Virus record (IMG/VR): IMGVR_UViG_3300023202_000336
Location: 32,001-96,000 of that record
Reading direction: 5' to 3' (one strand)
From: a virus
Length of the DNA: 64,000 nucleotides
Both the position numbers and the translations under genes were made by a program. A model generated the notes under the pieces. That model was not told the origin of the DNA, made no database searches, and was given only the letters and a program-made list of their open reading frames with translations. This document shows, piece after piece, positions 37,537 through 45,505 of this stretch. The stretch's first letter is position 1, and each line of letters opens with the position of its first letter.

Positions 37537-38289
37537 ATGTCGAAGAAGACAGCGAAGAAGTCTTCGAAAAAGAAGAAGCCAGTAAAGAAGACTGCAAAGA
37601 AGGTAGCAAATAAGAAGACCGCGAAGAAGACCGCGAAGAAGACCGCGAAGAAGACCGCGAAGAAGACCGCGAAGAAGACTGCGAAGAAGGCGGTAAAGAG
37701 AAGCGTAGCTAAACCTACTTACGAGAACCCACCGAATTCCTGGTCAGAAGCTGCAGCGCATATTTTGAGTCAGATAGAGGGGGTCCATTTTACGCCTGAC
37801 GAACTCTATAGAGCATTTATGCAAAACACTCGGAAGGAGGTAACTATACGCTCTCCCTCAGGACCTCAGCACAGTATCGTTACGGCTTCACCCACTCCTG
37901 AGATGGAAGAGCAGCGGCTTCGTCGACGGTTGAGCAGTCTGAAGCAGAATCTCTCTCGTTACAGCAGAAAGCCTCAGATGCTCGCGAAGGAACTCGATGA
38001 TATTCTCTCTGGCGAGCTCGATCGTAATAAGAAAAAGGACCCGTTTGTAGAGAAGTGTGAGAAGTTCGTTGCGAGGGTACATAATGTCGTACACAACCTT
38101 CCGAGGTACCTTCGTTGGTGCGGCGACTCGTTGGCGGTTGAGCTGAGGAGTCTTGCAGACGAGGCTGAAGATATCGATAAGCAATGTAAGAAGGGAAAGT
38201 ATATCCCCGAAGAGTTGATTTCTATGAAACAACTTACCGAGATCGAGATACTCGGAGGTGATATTCATCGTGGTAAGGGGCCGGAATGA
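37537..38289 (+). CDS. Protein with histone-H1-like Lys/Ala-rich N-terminus
   Basis: MSKKTAKKSSKKKKPVKKTAKK followed by tandem KKTA; C-terminal helical domain unassigned. Confidence 0.75.
   Translation: MSKKTAKKSSKKKKPVKKTAKKVANKKTAKKTAKKTAKKTAKKTAKKTAKKAVKRSVAKPTYENPPNSWSEAAAHILSQIEGVHFTPDELYRAFMQNTRKEVTIRSPSGPQHSIVTASPTPEMEEQRLRRRLSSLKQNLSRYSRKPQMLAKELDDILSGELDRNKKKDPFVEKCEKFVARVHNVVHNLPRYLRWCGDSLAVELRSLADEAEDIDKQCKKGKYIPEELISMKQLTEIEILGGDIHRGKGPE
37612..37683 (+). repeat. 12-bp tandem repeat x6 (AAGAAGACCGCG; KKTA)
   Basis: Five perfect copies plus one with a C>T change. Confidence 0.92.
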
Positions 38290-38332
38290 AAACTGGCGGT
38301 AGCTTCTATTCATGTAGAGCGAGTACGACTCA

Positions 38333-40246
38333 ATGAGTCAGAAACTTATTGAAGCACGAGAGGCACTTGATCGGGGCGACTACGAAAGGGCGTGGTCGCT
38401 CTTCGATGCATTGATTGCTTACGGCGAAGAGGTCGAGAACGCACACATCGGGAAGGTTGCGATCTTCGTTAGGCGTGAGCAATTTCGAGAAGCAGCGGAG
38501 TATATAGAGAAGTGCGGTATTAATGCCGTTGAGATGTTGATTAACCTTTCTGCCTGTTATCGACACCTTAAAGAAGAAGAGAAAGAGATAGAGGTACTCA
38601 AGCGTATCGCTCGGACAGGGCAGAAGCGTTACGACGAGCCGTATCGTCTTCTCGCGCAGAAAGCGAAGGACCGTGAGGACTGGGAGTCTGCTTACGAAGC
38701 ACTCGTCCCGTTGTTCCACATGGAACCTGAGGACTTTTCGATTTGCTATTCGCTTGCGGAGGCATGTAAGAAGTTGGATCTTCGTAAGCAGGCTATCACG
38801 TATTTTGTACGTGCGATCGAGCTTGCAGACGGCGATGAGAAGACGGCTGGCTCGCTTCGAATGCTGATCGGAAGCCTCTATAAAGATTGTGCACAGCAGG
38901 AGAGCGCCGTCTGGAACTATCAGGAAGCCTACCGTCTTCTGGGTACATCAGATCCATGCTCGAACCTGATCGTACTTCTGCAGTATTTCCATCAGGCGAC
39001 GCTTCGCGACTTCTATGCGCAAAGCGTCGACTATAACTTACGCTTCATTCGCTCCCTCCCGAAGTACACGTATTCTCTCGAGCGGTTGGATCCGAAGAAA
39101 GAGAAGCTGACGATCGGATTCATGAGTGGCGACTTTCTCGCTCATTCGCTTGCGCATTTGATTCTCGAGGTTTTCAAGCAGTTTAGAGAGGTCGCACCGC
39201 AGCACACTTACATTTGTTATATGGAGCGCCCTGCGGAGAAAGAAGATCGTGTTTCAGAGATCTTCAAGAGATCGGTCGATGAATGGAAGTGTACCAGCGA
39301 TCTCTCCGATAAAGATGCTGCGGAAATGATTCATAATGACGGGGTCGACGTACTCATCGATCTCGCCGGTCATACCGCATGTAATCGTCTCAAAGTATTC
39401 GGACACAAGCCAGCACCTGTTCAGATGAGTTGGATTAGTGGGATGATGACACCGCCGGCGATCGAGACGATCAATTACTTCTTCACCGATAAATGGATGC
39501 TTCCGCCGAATGCAGCCGAGATCTGCCCTGAGCGACTTATACAGTTGCCTTCTGCATTTACTTACTTCCCGCTCGCGAACATTGAAGCGACCGAAAAACT
39601 GCCGAGTGAGAAGGACGGAATTATAAACTTTGGGTCGTTTAATAACCCGTGTAAGATCAGTACGACCGTACTCGAGACATGGGCCGACTGCCTCAAGGCG
39701 GTGCCGAACTCACGGATGCACATCAAGATCTATTCGAAGTCGACCGAGCGTAACTTCCGTAAGGTCTTCGAACGAAAAGGTATTGCGAAGGATCGACTCG
39801 TTTTCGTCTATCAGCTCCCGTCGGTCCCTGACGTACTGCAGTACTACACTCAGAATATCGATATCATACTCGATACTTGGCCCTGCGCCGGAATGCTTAC
39901 CTCGACGGAGGCGCTCTGGATGGGGGTCCCGATCATCACGCTGGTCGGGGATACGTTCCTCCACCGGCAGACGTGGTCGGTACTCAATCAGCTCGGGCTG
40001 GAGAATCTCGGCGCTGAGACGGAGGAAGAGTTCGTCGAGAAGGCGAAGTCGTTAGCTACCGATAGGAAGCGACTTACGGCGATGAGAGGTGGTCTCAGGG
40101 CTCGTTTTGAAGGTGCCCCCATGCGAGACGCGAGGCTTATAAGCTCAGCTATAGTAAAAGGTTGCGAGGCGGCCTGGATCGACTGGTGCGAGTCGAGAGC
40201 GCCTCTGAAGCATTTGGAACGGCGTCTGGAGCCTGTGACCACGTAA
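38333..40246 (+). CDS. TPR-containing GT41 glycosyltransferase (OGT/SPINDLY-like)
   Basis: N-terminal TPR-like helices; IGFMSGDFLAHS, IHNDGVDVLIDLAGHT, KPAPVQMSW, FGSFNNPCKI, LDTWP, EALWMGVPIITL. Confidence 0.88.
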   Translation: MSQKLIEAREALDRGDYERAWSLFDALIAYGEEVENAHIGKVAIFVRREQFREAAEYIEKCGINAVEMLINLSACYRHLKEEEKEIEVLKRIARTGQKRYDEPYRLLAQKAKDREDWESAYEALVPLFHMEPEDFSICYSLAEACKKLDLRKQAITYFVRAIELADGDEKTAGSLRMLIGSLYKDCAQQESAVWNYQEAYRLLGTSDPCSNLIVLLQYFHQATLRDFYAQSVDYNLRFIRSLPKYTYSLERLDPKKEKLTIGFMSGDFLAHSLAHLILEVFKQFREVAPQHTYICYMERPAEKEDRVSEIFKRSVDEWKCTSDLSDKDAAEMIHNDGVDVLIDLAGHTACNRLKVFGHKPAPVQMSWISGMMTPPAIETINYFFTDKWMLPPNAAEICPERLIQLPSAFTYFPLANIEATEKLPSEKDGIINFGSFNNPCKISTTVLETWADCLKAVPNSRMHIKIYSKSTERNFRKVFERKGIAKDRLVFVYQLPSVPDVLQYYTQNIDIILDTWPCAGMLTSTEALWMGVPIITLVGDTFLHRQTWSVLNQLGLENLGAETEEEFVEKAKSLATDRKRLTAMRGGLRARFEGAPMRDARLISSAIVKGCEAAWIDWCESRAPLKHLERRLEPVTT

Positions 40247-40311
40247 GTGCTCGTAATAAGGTAAACAACCACTTATTATCAATACCCGTACATCTACTAG
40301 GAGTACGGACG

Positions 40312-40833
40312 ATGGCTCAGACGCCTCTCGGACATTTCCAGCGGACCCAGAACGGGCGCTTCTTGTACGGCCGCTGCAACAACTACCGCCTCAAGTCGGC
40401 GTTGGCCTCAATGCCGAACCCGAATCTCGACCTCGGGAGCACCGATCTCGATTCTGGTGCTTCTCCGCTTACGGTGAGCCACGACGTGGCTGCCGGCGTC
40501 GGTCAGACTTCGATCGTTGCTGATCAGCGTGAGAACTGGCCTTCGAGCGGCTCCGTGAATGGGGCTGGCACGTCCCAGGTCCTGACCCAGGGTGGGATCG
40601 CTGCACGGACCGAAGGCTTCCCGCGGGTGGATAACAACGGCGTTTCGTCGATCTCTGAGACCCAGGACTGGATCTACGATGATGGCGATCCGGCCGATAC
40701 CGGGGTCGGGTTCGGCTCGAACACCTCTCATGACTACACTTCCGCTGGGACCTTCCGGCCAGACCTGTCCTGCAAGGACGGCCTCGGGCGTGAGTCGCTT
40801 CAGGAAGAGGTCGAAGAGATCGTCGTTACCTGA
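40312..40833 (+). CDS. Structural protein with C-terminal PKD/Ig-like domain
   Basis: Start ATG 40312 after an AGGAG RBS. WIYDDGD..SHDYTSAGTFRPDL..KDGLG resembles the PKD consensus. Confidence 0.6.
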   Translation: MAQTPLGHFQRTQNGRFLYGRCNNYRLKSALASMPNPNLDLGSTDLDSGASPLTVSHDVAAGVGQTSIVADQRENWPSSGSVNGAGTSQVLTQGGIAARTEGFPRVDNNGVSSISETQDWIYDDGDPADTGVGFGSNTSHDYTSAGTFRPDLSCKDGLGRESLQEEVEEIVVT

Positions 40834-40913
40834 CGTAACCCGACAACATTACTAATCTTTACACTTGTAAAACGCAAGCTGCCGATTAACGTCCCGGCAT
40901 CAACGGAGATATT

Positions 40914-41714
40914 ATGTTCGGTGATGTCGATACTTCGAAGCCGCACACTATCGTCCGAGTGCACCATACGACTCGGATGATGGGGTTGCGTCGCATCGTT
41001 CTTACGCCCGGTGAATATCTCATCCAGGGTGATGCGCGGCGTTACATCTCGAAGACTTCTGATCGTCAGAAGATGCAAGCTGGTATCCTCGACGTCGAGT
41101 ATTGCACCGGCGTCGATGCAGCGCCGCTGATCGAGGACTCCGGTCCGCTAGTGGACGATCCGATCGAGGAGGCCGATGAAACTGTGAATGCGCAGTCACA
41201 GTTCGATACGGCCGATCGGGAGGTCCGCGGTTCGTAGGAGAAGCATCCGTACGATACCTCTTCGATCCCTTCGGATTCTGAGAACGCCGTCGAGACCTTC
41301 TATCACGAGCTTCCGACGGGGGCCTGCTTCCTCTATATGGGCGAGGTTTACGCGAAGATCGAAGACGAGTACGCGATGAAGATCTCCGATTACGAGACCT
41401 TTGTCTTCGAGGGCCATCATGGAGTGACGATCAGTCGCGAATTTTACGAGCAGCTCAAGCGTGATGAAGCTCCGGAAGAAGCCTCTGAAGACGTCTCTGA
41501 AGACGTGAGTGCCGTGAACGATGAAACGACTACTGCAGTCGTTTTCGACGATGTCGAAACGTTCGAGGATGCTGGCGATTTCGGCCACGTTATCGCGAAA
41601 GTTCCAGACGTTGACTCCGCGCCCGAGGATAAAACCGCTCCGGTAGAAGATCAGAAGCCTGAGGTTCTTAAGAGCGAGCTGACCGGTCGTCGGCGTCAGC
41701 GCTCCGCATCCTAG
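40914..41714 (+). other. Acidic hypothetical protein interrupted by a single in-frame TAG (41235-41237): readthrough or nonsense allele
   Basis: ORFs 40914-41237 and 41337-41714 share a frame, and the 33 codons between the TAG and the next ATG are open and look coding. Confidence 0.55.
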
Positions 41715-41752
41715 GCAATTGCAGCCCTCGGAGGGTTGCGTAAAGTGGTATC

Positions 41753-41923
41753 ATGAAAGCCACGCATGCCGCTATCGGACGCGGACTTGCGAAGTTCGCG
41801 CATGCTCCGTTAGTAAAAATTGCTCACGTAAAGGAAGCTCGTCGGAGATGGCTCGAAGACGACGACCTCATTAAACTGTGCAGGCTCTTCAAGGAGAAGC
41901 ACAAGGCCGGGAGTGCTGAATGA
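41753..41923 (+). CDS. Small basic protein (56 aa; not in supplied ORF track)
   Basis: MKATHAAIGRGLAKFAHAPLVKIAHVKEARRRWLEDDDLIKLCRLFKEKHKAGSAE; ATGA overlap with the next gene. Confidence 0.58.
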   Translation: MKATHAAIGRGLAKFAHAPLVKIAHVKEARRRWLEDDDLIKLCRLFKEKHKAGSAE

Positions 41924-42951
41924 CTGCTCCGTCGATTCTTTCTGCACAGCATCAAGACACGACGCTCTACATAATTTTTGATAGAGCAATCTCGGTAACC
42001 GGTGGTTCCGAGCTTGATGGGTTTACGTTCACGCTCGATCCCGGCGGAGTTATCACCCCGTCTTTTAGCAGCGTCGACGACAACGCGCTGATCGCGACGC
42101 TTTCGTCCGCCGTTAATCCCGGCGAGACGTTGAACGTCGATTACGATAGTGGAACGGGAACTGTTGTCGAAGCGGTTGCCCCGAACGACCCTGCAGGTGA
42201 CTTCGACGTCGATGCAGTCGCTTACTTCGAGACACCAATTGTTCGGCGAGCAGAAACCGGAAGCGGTGCCGGGAACAATGACGACGTTACCATTTTCTTC
42301 GGAGAGCCGGTCGCATCGACTGACGGTGACCTTCTCGCCGGTATCACCATTAATGTAAACACCGCTTCAATCGATCTGAGTAGCGCAACCGCTTCGCTGA
42401 ACGCTGATCAGACCGAACTGACGATTTCGACTGGTACCAATTTCGTTTTCTCAGATACAGTCACTGTCGATTACGATGACTCGTCCGGGAACTTGAAGAC
42501 GTTCCCGACCGGATTCGTCGCAAGCTTTACCGGACTCGCAGTCACGAATCTTTCGACCGATGGGCTTCCGGATAGCCAGTACCCGAACAGCTTTGCCGTG
42601 AAGCAGCCGCTCGATGTGAAGGATAGCGTCGTTACCGGCGTGGTCGCGGTGAATCTCAACCCGGTTGATCTCGAGCTCGTCGATAAGTACGGGCCGATTT
42701 CCATCGTTACCGGCGGTGACTTTGGAACGTCGACAACTTGTACTATCGTTGGTGGTAATCAGAACATCATTGACGGTGTCGAAGTGAAAGAGTCTTTTAC
42801 GAAGGATGCATGCGGTTCGATCGTGAACGCAACCGACGCCGCTGCTGATTGGCAGGATAAGATTATCGACCGCATAAGTGTTGAGCTCGGCGCACTGAGG
42901 ACCATCGATCAGAACGTGACCAACGTGAACGAAACCGTAGTGAGTATCTAA
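41920..42951 (+). CDS. Ig-like (SwmB-type) repeat structural protein
   Basis: Two related units (LYIIFDRAI..VDYDSGTG and VTIFFGEPV..VDYDDSSG); Thr/Asp/Val-rich. Confidence 0.62.
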   Translation: MTAPSILSAQHQDTTLYIIFDRAISVTGGSELDGFTFTLDPGGVITPSFSSVDDNALIATLSSAVNPGETLNVDYDSGTGTVVEAVAPNDPAGDFDVDAVAYFETPIVRRAETGSGAGNNDDVTIFFGEPVASTDGDLLAGITINVNTASIDLSSATASLNADQTELTISTGTNFVFSDTVTVDYDDSSGNLKTFPTGFVASFTGLAVTNLSTDGLPDSQYPNSFAVKQPLDVKDSVVTGVVAVNLNPVDLELVDKYGPISIVTGGDFGTSTTCTIVGGNQNIIDGVEVKESFTKDACGSIVNATDAAADWQDKIIDRISVELGALRTIDQNVTNVNETVVSI

Positions 42952-43916
42952 TGACCGCACTTGATAACGCTCTTAAGAAAGTCGCTCAGCTCTATGAGGA
43001 TATGGATAACGTTGAGCGATGGTATCAGCGTCAGATGCGAACGTATCCGAACCGAAGAGCAGCATACGAGCAGCAACTTCAGAAGTATCTCGAGAGAAAG
43101 TCCAAGCGCGAGATGCGTCGCCAGCGAAATACCGCGAAGCAGGAGGCGCGTCGGAAGGCCGATAAAGAATGGCGTCAGCGAGTAACCAAGGGGCTGCGCG
43201 AAGCACAAAGTCGGCGGAAGACGCGAGAGGCTGACCCGGTTTACGCCGCGCAGCTGGCACGAAGTTATCAGGTTGCCGGGACCCCTCAGTCCAAGCGGCC
43301 CAGATGGCTCCATCATGCTGCCGCGACGCCTGCGTTCCAGCAGGCCTCGCAGGCGATTAGCGGTTTCAGGCGCGCAGGGGGTGGCGTGTATGCGCAGTCG
43401 GTGACTTCTCCGAGACACCGCCAGTTCCAGCGTCAATTAGGGAGGGTCGCCGAGCTTCCGGCGTATCAGGCCCGCGCCGCGCAGACTGCTGCGCAGTACA
43501 GGGCTCCGACTCCCGGGGCAGGGAGCGGATTCTTTTCGTCGGTCGGGGAAGGTCTCGGTAAAGCCTGGGAGGGCATTAAAGGAGTCGGGCAGACCATCGG
43601 AGGGCTTTTCGGTGGAGCCAAGACCGCTCAGTCGGCTGATCTGATGTCTCCGATGTTCGGAAGGTATCGGATGAACTTCAACCGCCCCTTCCGATTCAGA
43701 TCTCGGCGTCCGCTGATGACGTTCGGAAACGGTGGCCGTTTCGTTCCTGGGTCTGGCGAGCAGCGATTCGGGGGCCCGTTCGTCCCTGGATCAGGCGAGC
43801 AGCGCTTCGGTGGGAAGTTCAAGCCCGGATCAGGGGAAACATGGTTTAGTGGTCGTTTTAAGCCTGGATCCGGCGTGATGTTCGGGAAGGGTAAGCACCG
43901 TCCCAGGGGCCTTTAA
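42951..43916 (+). CDS. Highly basic protein with C-terminal 13-aa F/G-rich repeats
   Basis: Arg/Lys/Gln-rich; KVAQ and KTAQ motifs; coupled at both ends; no Cys. Confidence 0.72.
   Translation: MTALDNALKKVAQLYEDMDNVERWYQRQMRTYPNRRAAYEQQLQKYLERKSKREMRRQRNTAKQEARRKADKEWRQRVTKGLREAQSRRKTREADPVYAAQLARSYQVAGTPQSKRPRWLHHAAATPAFQQASQAISGFRRAGGGVYAQSVTSPRHRQFQRQLGRVAELPAYQARAAQTAAQYRAPTPGAGSGFFSSVGEGLGKAWEGIKGVGQTIGGLFGGAKTAQSADLMSPMFGRYRMNFNRPFRFRSRRPLMTFGNGGRFVPGSGEQRFGGPFVPGSGEQRFGGKFKPGSGETWFSGRFKPGSGVMFGKGKHRPRGL
43731..43883 (+). repeat. Four diverged 39-bp coding repeats (GGRFVPGSGEQRF-type)
   Basis: GGRFVPGSGEQRF / GGPFVPGSGEQRF / GGKFKPGSGETWF / SGRFKPGSGVMF. Confidence 0.85.
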
Positions 43917-44794
43917 TGTCGATCGCTCCTATTGAGATCGCTCCTTCGTCCGAGCCGTCACAGACGAAGACGGCCCGCGTTCCTCACCAGGGCAGGAAGC
44001 AGCTCGTTTTTAAATTGACGAACGCCGACGGCAAGGCGCTGAAACTCGACGAAGAAGTTGAAAATCCGCCGGCCGATCTTCCCGACTTCTCACCGCAGAA
44101 ATCAGCGACTGGGACGAAGGTTTCTATTCGGCTTAAAAGTAGTCAGGGTAGTCTGACCGGCCCTTCGATGTTCGACATTCAGGGCGAGATTCTCGATCAG
44201 GAGAAGTATCGCGGGTTCGTCGTCTTTCAGCTTACGCAGGAAGAGACGAACCGCGCTGGAGTACACGAAGCTTCAATCGGCCGCTTCGTTTCTGGTGAGT
44301 ATCTTACGGACGTTTGGCGGGTACTCATAATTATCGAGCCGAGTGCTTTCTCTCAGCTTCAGGGAGTCGGTCCTCTGACTATTCCGGAGATTCGTCTCGC
44401 ACTTCTCGATCTCGAGACCACGACCGGTGGGGCACCGTTTAACAATCTGCTTGATGACGTCGAGTTCCAGGAAGTTGAGATCGTTCATGCGATGCGTCGT
44501 GTCATCGACAAGTGGAACGAGACGCCTCCTCCTGTGAACCCGCATACGCCCGCGAGTTTCCCGTATCGGTACTGGTGGCTTCAGGGTACGTGCGCGCATC
44601 TGCTTCTGATGGGAGCGGCTCGATACCGGCGTAACCGTCTCGACTATCAGGCCGGCGGAGTTGCCATCAACGATCAGTCGAAGGCGAATGAGTACGAACA
44701 GATCGGACGATTGAAGATGCAAGAGTTCGATCAGTGGATGATGCATGAGAAGACGCGTATCAACATGGACCGCGTGTGGGCGACCGGGATCTGA
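43916..44794 (+). CDS. Head-tail adaptor (neck) protein with extra N-terminal beta domain
   Basis: IPEIRLALLD..NNLLDDVEF..WNETPP..YQAGGVAIND pattern; position after head genes. Confidence 0.62.
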   Translation: MSIAPIEIAPSSEPSQTKTARVPHQGRKQLVFKLTNADGKALKLDEEVENPPADLPDFSPQKSATGTKVSIRLKSSQGSLTGPSMFDIQGEILDQEKYRGFVVFQLTQEETNRAGVHEASIGRFVSGEYLTDVWRVLIIIEPSAFSQLQGVGPLTIPEIRLALLDLETTTGGAPFNNLLDDVEFQEVEIVHAMRRVIDKWNETPPPVNPHTPASFPYRYWWLQGTCAHLLLMGAARYRRNRLDYQAGGVAINDQSKANEYEQIGRLKMQEFDQWMMHEKTRINMDRVWATGI

Positions 44795-44800
44795 CGCGTT

Positions 44801-45505
44801 ATGGCCGAACCCATTGTCGGACTCGGAGTTCCTGCCGCAGCGCTTCTCTACGAACTAGTCGGTAATCCTCTTCTCGGACGTTACGCAGGAACGCCGCTCG
44901 ACGAGCGCCGGCTCGATGACCGCCGACGTCGAGCGATACTCAAGCGAGTTGGTGCACATCCGAAGACACCTTGGACCGAAGTAGAGGCAGAAGAAGGTGA
45001 CGAGCCGAGCGCTTTCGTCGACCCCTCAAACATTGAAGCGGCCCAGACTGCATTCAATCTCAAGCTGACCCCCGCACAGAAACGTCTTGCAGAGAAGCAC
45101 GGTGTTATCCTGACCCACCCGCGCTCGAGTTCTGCAGTTTTTGCGCATGAGGCGGGCCATGCCGCTGAACAGCAGCAGCACAAGCGGCCGTTCTGGCCGT
45201 ACGCACTTTCTACTGGGCTTGCTGGTATCGGCGGAGCGCTCGCTGGCGGGATCGGCGGACATTATTTTAAAAGTCCGTACGCTGGCATGGGGATTGGCGG
45301 GCTTACGGCACTTGCGCTCGGTGCTCCGATGTTGTACGAAGAGTATCGTGCAAGTCGGCGCGCAGATGAGCAGCTGAAGAAAGATGAGAAGAGGAAGTGG
45401 CCTGGGCGCAAGCGCCTCGGATCCGCTTTTCTGACTTACCTCGGCTCGGCGCTTGCTCCTGCTCTCGCCGTCGGCGCTTATACAGGGTACAAAGCCTCAC
45501 AATGA
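44801..45505 (+). CDS. Membrane-associated HExxH zinc metallopeptidase-like protein
   Basis: FAHEAGHA, two glycine-zipper helices, downstream EYRASRRA (possible third ligand), C-terminal hydrophobic helix. Confidence 0.65.
   Translation: MAEPIVGLGVPAAALLYELVGNPLLGRYAGTPLDERRLDDRRRRAILKRVGAHPKTPWTEVEAEEGDEPSAFVDPSNIEAAQTAFNLKLTPAQKRLAEKHGVILTHPRSSSAVFAHEAGHAAEQQQHKRPFWPYALSTGLAGIGGALAGGIGGHYFKSPYAGMGIGGLTALALGAPMLYEEYRASRRADEQLKKDEKRKWPGRKRLGSAFLTYLGSALAPALAVGAYTGYKASQ

Noticed and set aside
40858-40888. Sigma28-type promoter (GCCGATTA at 40881)
   Set aside because: It resembles the GCCGATAA -10 element, but no TAAA -35 lies at the proper spacing and it is a single instance.
41721-41754. Hairpin GCAGCCCT-CGG-AGGGTTGC as terminator, and TGGTATCAT as extended -10
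   Set aside because: No U-tract follows the hairpin, and the -10 candidate overlaps the ATG of the 56-aa ORF; neither is supported well enough.
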